From assembly GCA_000995965.1 (NCBI GenBank), contig LBYD01000001.1:207265-271264 (forward strand): a stretch of DNA of 64,000 nucleotides. Direction: 5' to 3'. This stretch comes from Candidatus Moranbacteria bacterium GW2011_GWC2_40_12. Lineage in GTDB: Bacteria > Patescibacteriota > Minisyncoccia > Moranbacterales > UBA11712. Every line of letters starts with the position of its first letter. Positions within the stretch are counted from its first letter, which is position 1. A program made the position numbers and the translations under genes. The notes under the pieces were generated by a model. The model worked only from the letters and a program-made list of their open reading frames with translations, made no database searches and was not told where the DNA came from. Below, in pieces: positions 18,795 to 27,801 of this stretch.

Positions 18795-20363
18795 TTATTC
18801 AACCTTTGCCCCTTTTCCGATTCCGGCCATTTCTTTCCTCTTAGCTTTCGTTATGTTTTCATATCCGATTGAAACGGCAAAGTTTTTGGATGAGAGCTGG
18901 CGGCGCAAACCGTTCTCTATGAAATAGTATTTCTTTCCATAATTCACGGCCGCCCCGTCCCGGAAGGAAAGATTCCCTTTCGTTTTGTATTTTTTGAGGA
19001 GCTTTATGGAAACATTCACGGCCATTTCCCTCGAAAATGTTGCCCGGAATACATTTTTTGTGATTTTTTTCTTTTTGCCTCCGGCTAACACATAAAAATA
19101 AGTTTTGAAGTTTTTCGTGATAATCGTCCCTTCCGGGAAAACACCCGCGCTGTCAATTGTCTCGCCTTCCGCATAGTGCGCACTTTCGCTTTCAGAAATT
19201 TCGTGCGCCGATCCAAGATCAACCGACTCCAGCTCCGCGCTCGAAAGATTCAATTTTCTTTTTTGATCGCCGGAAATAATATAATAGTTCCCGCCGGAAT
19301 CTTTCACAAAAGCGCCGCTCCGAAATCCAGCTTCTGCTCCCGCGGCATAGCTCGCCCACTTTTCCGCGCTGATTTCGACGATATTCGCCCCGTTATAATT
19401 TGCCGCCAAAACCGCCCCGATGGAAATTGGCCGGAGAATTCCGTTTTCTAAAATCCCTTTTTGATCGCTGCCAGACACCCCGAAGATCGTCCCCGAAGGA
19501 TAATTTCCAGAAAAACTGCCGGCTCGTGTCCCTCCTTCAAGGGCATACGCGGCCAACTGGGTGGCCGAAATTTCAATCACGGGCTGCTTAGCGCTGCCGG
19601 AGATTTTTTTTCCGTCCCTTATTTCATATGTTGCGCCGTCTCCCGAAATTTGATAAGCATAATTGCCATAGGTTGAGGCTAAACTGTCCGAAGAGTTCCG
19701 AATGTCAGCCATCAGTTTGTATATATTCTTGCCCGGACAGGCCGTGCTGGCAACGTTGCGGTGTCCAATGACAGCATTATCGAGCGATTTGCTGAAAAAT
19801 TTTAGGCTTGATTTCACGGATATATTATTGTTCGAAGACAGCCAGCCGATCAATTTCTGCAGCGAGTCTTTCGCCTCAGAAGACAGATGTTCATTTTCAT
19901 AATTTCCGAGAACCGCGATACCGATCGAACCTTTGTTATAATTTGTCCCTTTATAATACGAGTGTCCGCCAATGACTCCGTTCCCTCCGTATCGACCCTC
20001 AAAAATGGCGCCATCCTTTCCGATGATATAGTTATATCCGATATCACCCCATTTTCGGGTATAGGAATGGTACCTGTATATTTTTTTAATCTGCTTTGAG
20101 GTCGAGCTTTTATAATTCGTCGCCGTATGATGGATTATGATCACTTCCGGATCCTCGTATTCCGCCGGCCAGACTTTTTTCGTGCGTTTTTCATAAGTCG
20201 CGCTTGACCACGAGGAACGCGGGTAGATTGTCGGAACAGAAGATGCAACCTGCTTTTTTTCAACTCCCGTTTTCGCGAAAATCATCCCCGCGCCCGGAAA
20301 GGAAAAACAAAAAATCAGCAGCAAAAAAAGAGTAGATGTAAATTTTATTTTTTGTTGTTTCAT
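18795..20363 (-). CDS. N-acetylmuramoyl-L-alanine amidase (Amidase_2/PGRP-like) with C-terminal surface repeats
   Basis: Signal peptide, PRSSW, IIIHHTA, WGDIGYNYII, GSIGIAVLGNY and GHRNVASTACPG. Confidence 0.92.
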   Translation of the reverse strand: MKQQKIKFTSTLFLLLIFCFSFPGAGMIFAKTGVEKKQVASSVPTIYPRSSWSSATYEKRTKKVWPAEYEDPEVIIIHHTATNYKSSTSKQIKKIYRYHSYTRKWGDIGYNYIIGKDGAIFEGRYGGNGVIGGHSYYKGTNYNKGSIGIAVLGNYENEHLSSEAKDSLQKLIGWLSSNNNISVKSSLKFFSKSLDNAVIGHRNVASTACPGKNIYKLMADIRNSSDSLASTYGNYAYQISGDGATYEIRDGKKISGSAKQPVIEISATQLAAYALEGGTRAGSFSGNYPSGTIFGVSGSDQKGILENGILRPISIGAVLAANYNGANIVEISAEKWASYAAGAEAGFRSGAFVKDSGGNYYIISGDQKRKLNLSSAELESVDLGSAHEISESESAHYAEGETIDSAGVFPEGTIITKNFKTYFYVLAGGKKKKITKNVFRATFSREMAVNVSIKLLKKYKTKGNLSFRDGAAVNYGKKYYFIENGLRRQLSSKNFAVSIGYENITKAKRKEMAGIGKGAKVE

Positions 20364-20401
20364 ATATTTCACTTACTTGATCTTGCTGCAAAGAAAATAA
20401 T

Positions 20402-21361
20402 TCAATCCACTTTCCCCAATTTCGTGTGCTCGTCCACATATTGAAATGTGCAGGTTTCGTTGTTTTTTGCGTCAATTGCGTCGAAAGCCTCCGGTGAAAG
20501 CCCTCCGACGCGGTTGGTCCAGATGGCCGGACCGGCTTCCAAAATTGAAGCGACGACTTTTTTGCCATTTTTTTCATTGGTAACCAATACTTTTTTCTTC
20601 TTGAACCAGTTTTTCTTGTCGGAATCAAGATGCAGAGCGCGCGTTATTCTTTCCCAGTTTCCGCCTTTATACCTGTATTCTTGTTTCACGCTGTCGTTTT
20701 TTTCGTGCGATAATTTGGAGCTTTTGTAGCCTCTCTTCAGTCCTTTTAATTTATCTCCGCTTTTTGAAGAGTAGCGGATATACTCGTTTCCTATTTTTAC
20801 GTAGCCAGACTTAGCAAAATTATCGCCGGATTTCAACGTTATGGATTTCTCGTCTTTCGAAACATTTTCATTCAGTTCTGATTCCGGCTCGATCCAATCG
20901 GCATACCCCCAGCGCATGTTCACGTAATACACTTCCTCTTCCTTGTCGCTCTTGCCAAGCGGGCCAAAGGCGCCGTATCCGCCAGCCATTCCGTTTCGGC
21001 AGGAAGAAGGCGTGTCTGTCATTGAATAGTGGTTTGAAGCGGACTGGCTTTTTTTGAGCCAAAGATGCTGTTCCCGGGCGATTTTTCCGGATTCCGCGGG
21101 CAGAGGATATTTTCCTTCAATTATTTTCACGCCTTCGCCCGAAACGCCGCTATACGCATCGTTTTGCGCGCCTTGGTATTTTTTCACCGCTTTCCGGTAT
21201 TCGCTCCGGCTGACTTTGGGAAGATATTTCTGCCAATAACTTTCTGGAACGCTGTTTTTTTCAAGGAGTTTCTGCCATTTTGATTTTTTAGCCGCATGCG
21301 AAAAAGAAGCTATTCCAAAAATAGCAATCAAAACCAAAAATATTTTCCATTTATTTGGCAT
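20402..21361 (-). CDS. Secreted protein with RlpA-like double-psi beta-barrel C-terminus
   Basis: Signal peptide; VLVTNEKNGKKVVASILEAGPA..LSPEAFDAI resembles the RlpA/DPBB fold. Confidence 0.65.
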   Translation of the reverse strand: MPNKWKIFLVLIAIFGIASFSHAAKKSKWQKLLEKNSVPESYWQKYLPKVSRSEYRKAVKKYQGAQNDAYSGVSGEGVKIIEGKYPLPAESGKIAREQHLWLKKSQSASNHYSMTDTPSSCRNGMAGGYGAFGPLGKSDKEEEVYYVNMRWGYADWIEPESELNENVSKDEKSITLKSGDNFAKSGYVKIGNEYIRYSSKSGDKLKGLKRGYKSSKLSHEKNDSVKQEYRYKGGNWERITRALHLDSDKKNWFKKKKVLVTNEKNGKKVVASILEAGPAIWTNRVGGLSPEAFDAIDAKNNETCTFQYVDEHTKLGKVD

Positions 21362-21459
21362 TTTTCGAAACACCTTTTTTTCTTATTATTTAAATCCCAG
21401 TGTTTCTGTTTGCATTATATCACAATGACCGAAAAGATGCACAATTCTTTCAAAATACG

Positions 21460-22692
21460 TTATTCATAACGAAGAGCTTCTATCGGATTCAAGTTTGCCG
21501 CTCTTCGCGCCGGGTAAAATCCAAAAACAATTCCGACAACCGCCGAAACGCCAAAAGCATAGAAGACTGAAGAAAGAGAAATTCTGGTGTTGAGGCTGAC
21601 AAAATTATTCACCAAAAGTGACGCCCCCCAGCCAAGCACAATGCCGATCGCCCCGCCTAAAAATGTCAGCACGACCGCCTCGGCCAGAAATTGAAGATTG
21701 ATATACTTTTTCCTTAGCCCCACCGCTTTGCGCAGTCCAATTTCACGCGTTCTTTCGGTGACATTAGTCAGCATCATATTCATGATCCCGATCCCTCCCA
21801 CAAGAAGTGATATTCCCGCAATGGACGAGAGAAGGATGGTAAACGTACTGGTTATGCTCGTTGCCGTGGCGATGATGTCATTTTGATTCATGATGCGAAA
21901 GTCGGCCTGCGTCGGATCGGATATTTTGTGGCGGTCCAGAAGAAGAGCTGAAATTTGTTCCTGAACTGAAGTCATGGATGCCTGATCCGCGGCGGCGACA
22001 CCAATGTCGGACAGATAATCGTTCCCGGACAAAAAGTGTTGGGCGGAGGACAGAGGAACAAAAATATTGCTGTCGGGGTTATTGAAACCGGATCCGCCCT
22101 TGGATTCTGTGACTCCGACCACCTGAAAATCAACGTTTCTTATTTTGACTGATTGGCCGACCGGATTGGCATTCACGCCGAACAAATCATTCCTCGTTGT
22201 TGGACCAAGAATGGCCACTTTGGCTGAGGTTTTTTGCTGCTGGTCGCTAAAAAAAGAGCCGATATTCATTTTCACGTTCCGGACAACAAGATAGTCCTTC
22301 ACTGTTCCAACTACTTCGGCGTTGGTATTTGTGCCTTTGGCGGTTATTTGGTAGCGCTTTGAGGCTTCGGGAGCAACCGCCTTCACATTTTGCACCTGGC
22401 TTTTTATCGCGTCGGCGTCTTCAATAACCAAAGTTTGAGAACTGCCGGCTCCCTGGCTGATTCCGCCTACTCGCTGTGCCCCCGGCATCACCACAATCAA
22501 GTTTGAACCGATTGATTCGATATCGCTTTCGATGGTGCTTTTCGCTCCCTGTCCGATAGCCACCATCGTGATCACTGAAGCTATCCCGATGACAATACCC
22601 AAAATCGTCAGGCCCGAACGGGCCTTATTTCCGGAAAGTGAACGTATTGTTTCTCGAAACAGGTCCTGGATCATGTGGCACAAAGATATCAA
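21460..22692 (-). CDS. MacB/FtsX-family ABC transporter permease
   Basis: RSGLTILGIVIGIASV, ISLLVGGIGIMNMML, ERTREIGLRKAVG and PIEALRYE. Confidence 0.95.
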   Translation of the reverse strand: MISLCHMIQDLFRETIRSLSGNKARSGLTILGIVIGIASVITMVAIGQGAKSTIESDIESIGSNLIVVMPGAQRVGGISQGAGSSQTLVIEDADAIKSQVQNVKAVAPEASKRYQITAKGTNTNAEVVGTVKDYLVVRNVKMNIGSFFSDQQQKTSAKVAILGPTTRNDLFGVNANPVGQSVKIRNVDFQVVGVTESKGGSGFNNPDSNIFVPLSSAQHFLSGNDYLSDIGVAAADQASMTSVQEQISALLLDRHKISDPTQADFRIMNQNDIIATATSITSTFTILLSSIAGISLLVGGIGIMNMMLTNVTERTREIGLRKAVGLRKKYINLQFLAEAVVLTFLGGAIGIVLGWGASLLVNNFVSLNTRISLSSVFYAFGVSAVVGIVFGFYPARRAANLNPIEALRYE

Positions 22693-23366
22693 TTTTTTTC
22701 GTCTTTCTCGATCAATCCGTCGCGAACGGAAATGACACGCCGCGCGAACTGGGCGATTTCCATTTCGTGAGTGATTATTATAATAGTATGTCCTTTGCTG
22801 TTGAGCTCCTGAAAAGTTTTCATCACCACACGGCTTGTTCTTGTGTCGAGATTTCCAGTCGGCTCATCCGCAAGAATGATAGAAGGGTCGTTGATGAGAG
22901 CCCGGGCCACAGCCACGCGCTGCATCTGTCCGCCGGACAGCTGGTTGGATAAATTGAAAAATTTGCTTTCCTCAAGGCCGACATACTTCAGGGTTTCACG
23001 AGCCTTAGCTTTTCTTTTCTTCATCGGCATATCCGAAAAAACAAGCGGGAGCATGACATTCTGAAGAACGGTTGTCCGGGGAAGAAGATTGAAAGACTGA
23101 AAAACAAAGCCTATTTTCCCCCGCCGGAGATCCGAAAGTTCGTTGTCAGTCAGACGCGAAACTTCTTTTCCTTCTAAAAAATATTGGCCGCCGGTCGGAG
23201 TATCAAGCGCCCCAAGAATATGCATAAGCGTTGATTTTCCAGATCCCGAAGGCCCGACAATGGCAACAAACTCCCCCTTTTCGATCCTAAAAGAAATGCC
23301 GCAGACCGCCTGGGTTTCAACATCGCCGTTTATATACGTTTTGCATAAATTATTGCAAACAATCAT
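22689..23366 (-). CDS. ABC transporter ATP-binding protein (LolD/MacB type)
   Basis: [18 protein letters not shown] and [11 protein letters not shown]. Confidence 0.96.
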   Translation of the reverse strand: MIVCNNLCKTYINGDVETQAVCGISFRIEKGEFVAIVGPSGSGKSTLMHILGALDTPTGGQYFLEGKEVSRLTDNELSDLRRGKIGFVFQSFNLLPRTTVLQNVMLPLVFSDMPMKKRKAKARETLKYVGLEESKFFNLSNQLSGGQMQRVAVARALINDPSIILADEPTGNLDTRTSRVVMKTFQELNSKGHTIIIITHEMEIAQFARRVISVRDGLIEKDEKN

Positions 23367-23369
23367 ATC

Positions 23370-23502
23370 AAATTAAAAAATCAAATATCAAAGTGAAAAA
23401 TGACAATGTAAAATGAAAAATGTTTTTATTTCAAAGACTTTTTGACCTTTGATCATTTTTGAATTTTGAACTGTAATTTTGATTTTTGATTTTTACATTT
23501 TT
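23370..23502. repeat. Inverted heptamer-array (MITE-like) element
   Basis: A-rich AAAATCA/AAAATGA units followed by reverse-complement TTTTGAA/TTTTGAT units; similar to 51055-51190. Confidence 0.7.
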
Positions 23503-23509
23503 AACTTTC

Positions 23510-24688
23510 TTAGTCCTGTCTTCCGCCGCCGCCCAAGCCCGGAAGTCGGATTCCGCTGCTGCCGGTTCTATTTGAACTTGAAGCGCTGGCACTTGCGGCC
23601 GCGGTGGAGTTTATTGTTTGTATCACAACTTTGTCTCCCGCCTTGATGCCGCTAATAATCTCTGTTTCCGTGCTGTTTGAAATTCCGGCCTGCACGCTTT
23701 TCTTTTCGGGAGCATTTCTTGCCAACACTTCAACATAATCGCCATCCCCGTCATTTTTGACCGCGCTTGAAGGAACAATCAAGACATTTTGTTTCACATC
23801 GGTGATGATTGACGCCGAAACACTCATCTCGGGCTTCACGCGGCTGTCAAGAGAATCAAAACAAATGGTAACGTCATAGGTAACCACTCCTTGATCCTGC
23901 GTTCCCAGCGAATCAATTTTTTCGACTATTCCTGAAGTTTTCAGTCCTTCAACTGCGTCAAATTTGATCATCGCCTTTTGGCCGATCGAAACATTGGCAA
24001 TATCCACTTCGTTCACTTGCACCTGATTTTTCATCGTCCCGAGATCTCCGATGATAATCGGAACTTGCCGCGTGCTTCCCGAAGAAACCTTGCTTAGGTC
24101 ATCCCCGTTTTTTATGTTCACCGCGTTGACCGTTCCATCAATCGGAGAAACGACCCGCCTCTCGGCTGCGTTTGATTTTTGATTGGCAAGATCGGCCCCT
24201 GAAGAAACAAGCGCTTGCTCGGCAGATGCGACTGAAGCTTCGGCTGCTTCAAATTTTTGCTTGAGAGCCGCTTTGTTTTTTGAAGTTGTCGCGTCAAGAT
24301 CGGCTCTGGCCTGTTTTTTTGAGGCTTTCGCTGATTCGAGCGAACTCAAAGCTTGCGCATAGGAAGTTTGAGATTTAGAAACGCTGACAGAAAGATCATC
24401 ATTGTCAATGCTGAAAAGAAACTGCCCTCTTGTCACTTTGTCTCCAATATTCACTGCGAGATTCGCGACTGTTCCGGTGATTGTTGGATCAATATTCGAG
24501 CTTTGGTCGACAATCACGTTTCCGCTCGCCGAAATCGAGGAAGTCAGTGTCCCCGTTTGGGCTGTCGCCGTGACATATTTGACCTGGCTTGCGGTTGATT
24601 TGGAATTGCTATACCACCAATAGCTTCCCCCGGCTATCACGATGATTGCAATCCCGATATACGCTTTCCTGGACTTTAGGTAGTTCAT
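23510..24688 (-). CDS. MacA-like periplasmic adaptor (membrane fusion protein)
   Basis: TM anchor, VVSPIDGTV, VNEVDIANVSIGQ, LIVPSSAV and EIISGIKAGDKVV. Confidence 0.92.
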   Translation of the reverse strand: MNYLKSRKAYIGIAIIVIAGGSYWWYSNSKSTASQVKYVTATAQTGTLTSSISASGNVIVDQSSNIDPTITGTVANLAVNIGDKVTRGQFLFSIDNDDLSVSVSKSQTSYAQALSSLESAKASKKQARADLDATTSKNKAALKQKFEAAEASVASAEQALVSSGADLANQKSNAAERRVVSPIDGTVNAVNIKNGDDLSKVSSGSTRQVPIIIGDLGTMKNQVQVNEVDIANVSIGQKAMIKFDAVEGLKTSGIVEKIDSLGTQDQGVVTYDVTICFDSLDSRVKPEMSVSASIITDVKQNVLIVPSSAVKNDGDGDYVEVLARNAPEKKSVQAGISNSTETEIISGIKAGDKVVIQTINSTAAASASASSSNRTGSSGIRLPGLGGGGRQD

Positions 24689-24728
24689 ATTATGAATATT
24701 CGGTCATAAGAAACATTGGTCTTTATTT

Positions 24729-25220
24729 TCAATTATTGCTCGCAAACACTCGAATAAGGTCGGCGCTCACAGTCCCGTCGTCTCCCGGTTTTCCCATCAC
24801 AACAATCCGGTCGTCATTTTTGAGTTCATTCACGCTGATAGTGTCTCGGCCCCGCTTGATGAGAGTTTTGTCATCCACTGCGATTGAGTTCTCCTGCCCG
24901 TCGCGGTCTTTCAAAACGATTTTATTGTCGGTAATAGATATAATCTCCCCCGCGATTCCGTGGGCGTTCCGGAACCCGCGGCCTTCGAAATCGCGCATCA
25001 TTTCGCCCGGATCTCTTCCCGGCCCCCTCATCCCCGCCGGTCCGCGAAACGGCCCGCCGAAATTGCGTTCATAATTTTCCCCGAATTTATAGGAGAATCG
25101 CGCCTTTTTGAGTCCAACCGCCACCCCTCCGGCAAAACTCACCAGAGCAACGAAAATAACGCCGACAAAAAGCACGGCAATCTGGAAACCTTTTGATTTT
25201 ATTTTTTCCTGGATGTTCAT
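24729..25220 (-). CDS. Hypothetical membrane-anchored protein (DUF5666/OB-like)
   Basis: TM helix ending FAGG, Gly-rich linker, GEIISI and LKNDDRIVVMG..ADLIRV. Confidence 0.75.
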   Translation of the reverse strand: MNIQEKIKSKGFQIAVLFVGVIFVALVSFAGGVAVGLKKARFSYKFGENYERNFGGPFRGPAGMRGPGRDPGEMMRDFEGRGFRNAHGIAGEIISITDNKIVLKDRDGQENSIAVDDKTLIKRGRDTISVNELKNDDRIVVMGKPGDDGTVSADLIRVFASNN

Positions 25221-25298
25221 TGAATATTAATTCTTCGCTAATTACGAATATTTTTCATTCGTATATTCGCAAGAGATTTGTAATTCGTAAAGAATGAG

Positions 25299-25706
25299 CT
25301 AACTTATATGTTTATAATATTTAATCTCGTTTGATCTAAAATATATTTTCATCGCCACCAACAGCAAAAACACCGGCGCGAGAATGGCAGCCAAGTGCGC
25401 CGCCGGAAAAGTTTCAAGAAGCGAAAAAGCAAAATCCTTCCAGAAGGAAGCGACGGCTGATGTATCAGAGAATATTAGCTTCAATAAGCTCCAGAATTCC
25501 GATTCGGCAATCCCATTCCAGAAATTCACGATAACGAAAACAAAAGCCCCCAGCGATCCCAGTGTCAGCGTATCCGCGAAAATCAGCCCTTTCTTCGCCT
25601 GCCAGCTTTTTTCCAAAGCTATCGACTTTAATATATTCCCTTCGAGCTCCCGCGAAGGTTCGATATTTTCGAGTTTTTTGAACAGTTTTTCGATATTTTG
25701 GGTCAT
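25299..25706 (-). CDS. Putative membrane anti-sigma-type protein
   Basis: IEPSRELEGNILKSI, then TM helices with FWSLLKLIFSD and SLLETFP; downstream of the ECF sigma factor. Confidence 0.6.
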   Translation of the reverse strand: MTQNIEKLFKKLENIEPSRELEGNILKSIALEKSWQAKKGLIFADTLTLGSLGAFVFVIVNFWNGIAESEFWSLLKLIFSDTSAVASFWKDFAFSLLETFPAAHLAAILAPVFLLLVAMKIYFRSNEIKYYKHIS

Positions 25707-25891
25707 GGCTTTAATACGACTTAGATAATATATCGGGCGCAAAACACCAATAGAATCTTATTATTATTTCTTGTATAAGCATCTATTTGAATTGTGTCGC
25801 AAAACATGCCATTCTCCTGGATGCCAAGAAATCGGGCATAATCAATAAGTGCCCTTCCAAAGAATACCCAAGAAGCTCTCATAGCTATCAG

Positions 25892-26443
25892 CTATTTGAG
25901 GGTTTCTTTTAGCTTCCCCAACCCCCTTTGATGCCGGCTCTTAACTGTGTTGTAGGGTTCGCCCAGAATTTCGGCGATTTCGTGGAGGGAAAAGTCTTCT
26001 TTATAGTGCAAAAGTAAAATCGCGCGGTAACGCGGCGGAATTTTTGATAATATTTTTTCCAGATCTTCTGTGATATTTTTTCGCTCCAGAATTTCGTCCG
26101 GCAGGATTTCATCGCCGGATATATTTTCAAGAGCATTATTTCCTTCATCATCCTCGAATTTTGAAAACAAAATCTCTTTTTTCTTTTTGAGCCAGTCAAA
26201 AGTCGTATTTTTGGCGATGGTGAAAAGCCACGTTCTGAATTTTTTATCCGGATCATATTTCTTAAAATTTTTCCATACTTTCACAAAAGTCTCTTGAGTC
26301 AAGTCTTCGGCCGTGTCGCGATTATTGACCAGTCTGAAAATAAAATTATAGGCCGGCTTCAGATGTTTTTTCACCAGCTCCGAAAAAGCGGCTTCATTGC
26401 CGCTTAAGTATTCTTCAATTATTTTTTCATCGCTTTTTTCCAT
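25892..26443 (-). CDS. ECF RNA polymerase sigma factor
   Basis: DTAEDLTQETFVKVW, FRTWLFTIAKN and SLHEIAEILGEPYNTVKSRHQRG; ATG at 26443. Confidence 0.95.
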   Translation of the reverse strand: MEKSDEKIIEEYLSGNEAAFSELVKKHLKPAYNFIFRLVNNRDTAEDLTQETFVKVWKNFKKYDPDKKFRTWLFTIAKNTTFDWLKKKKEILFSKFEDDEGNNALENISGDEILPDEILERKNITEDLEKILSKIPPRYRAILLLHYKEDFSLHEIAEILGEPYNTVKSRHQRGLGKLKETLK

Positions 26444-26532
26444 GTTCTGCCGAAAATTCTCAAGGTAGTCAAATTTATCCACGTGGAGGAAAATGACCAC
26501 TTTTTCTCTTCCCAACATCCGATGTTGGGAAA

Positions 26533-27642
26533 TTAGCTTTTTAGCCAATCGAGCGTTTCACGGGCGCATTTATCCCAGGAAAAGTCTTTCACTCGTTCAA
26601 GTCCCCTTTCTTTCAGCTGGTTTTTGAGTGTAGCGTTTTCCAGAACTTCCCGCAATGATTTTGCCAGCTCAATCGGATTATTTGGCTTATATAGAAGGCC
26701 GCTTTCCCGCAAGATTTCGCCCAAACTTGAATTATTCGCCGCAATGACTGGTACTCCGCAGGCCATGGCTTCAACAGCGGGAAGGCCGAATCCTTCGTAG
26801 AGCGAAGGCAAAACAAACGCTTCCGCGCCCCGGAGGAGGGCCGGAAGATCTTTCGTCCTGAACTTACCCAGATATATTACGCCTTCGGTGGATTTTATTT
26901 TCTCGAGAATTGGCCCGTATTGCCAGCCAAGATCGCCCGCGATTGCCAGTTTCAAATCCGAAAAATTTTTTTTTATAATTTCATAGGCTTCAATCAGCGT
27001 TTCAATATTTTTCCGCGGCTGGATGGCGCCGACATAGATTATGAATTTTGAATTTTGAATTTTGAATTTTGAAAGCGTATTTCTTATTCGCTCTGTGGAT
27101 ATATTTTCGTTAAACAATTCCTTGTCGTAGCCATGGTAGATCACTTTTATTTTTTCTTCGCGGAGATGCGGATAAAATTCCAGCAAGTCTTTTTTGGTCG
27201 AACGCGAAATCGCGATCAGTTTGTCAGCGTGGCGCGCGGCATAATCAGTGAACCAGTTCAGCCGCCGCAAATCTTTTTTTGGAAAAAATTGCGGAAAAAA
27301 CTTGAAAGCCAGATCATGGATCGTCACAACGGTTTTTGTTTTTTTTGAGCGAAGATACGGAAGCGAATGCATCGGCATCCAGAGAACATCCGGTTTCTCT
27401 CGAAATATTTCCCAGCCGAACCGCGTCTGCGTCCACCATAAAGGAAAAGATAATTTTTTGATTTTATAATTCCTAAACACGGGGAAGGCCAATTCGGGAT
27501 TGAATTCCGATTTGTGATAAATCAAAAATTGATCCCGATCGTCAGCATCGGGACCAAAATTTTTGAGCATATTCTGGATATATATCCGCGTACCGTCGAT
27601 CCGGGAATGATCAAGGTCGGACGCGTTGACAGCGATCCGCAT
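26533..27642 (-). CDS. Glycosyltransferase family 4
   Basis: VVTIHDL, YVGAIQPRKN and PSLYEGFGLPAVEAMACGVPV. Confidence 0.95.
   Translation of the reverse strand: MRIAVNASDLDHSRIDGTRIYIQNMLKNFGPDADDRDQFLIYHKSEFNPELAFPVFRNYKIKKLSFPLWWTQTRFGWEIFREKPDVLWMPMHSLPYLRSKKTKTVVTIHDLAFKFFPQFFPKKDLRRLNWFTDYAARHADKLIAISRSTKKDLLEFYPHLREEKIKVIYHGYDKELFNENISTERIRNTLSKFKIQNSKFIIYVGAIQPRKNIETLIEAYEIIKKNFSDLKLAIAGDLGWQYGPILEKIKSTEGVIYLGKFRTKDLPALLRGAEAFVLPSLYEGFGLPAVEAMACGVPVIAANNSSLGEILRESGLLYKPNNPIELAKSLREVLENATLKNQLKERGLERVKDFSWDKCARETLDWLKS
27044..27071. repeat. (AATTTTG)x4 heptamer tandem inside the GT4 gene
   Basis: AATTTTGAATTTTGAATTTTGAATTTTG; encodes KFKIQNSKF on the minus strand. Confidence 0.85.
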
Positions 27643-27801
27643 ATCTTTGCGAATTACGAAAAAAGAAACTTGCTGATGGAGGTTGGAAAGTAGTAATAGT
27701 GAACAGAAACTGGAAATTTGTCTGCGCTATTTTCAATTTTAAAATTTCAATTGCTAATTTCCATTTTCAAAAAACTATTCTCAAATTTCGCATTTGGTAA
27801 T

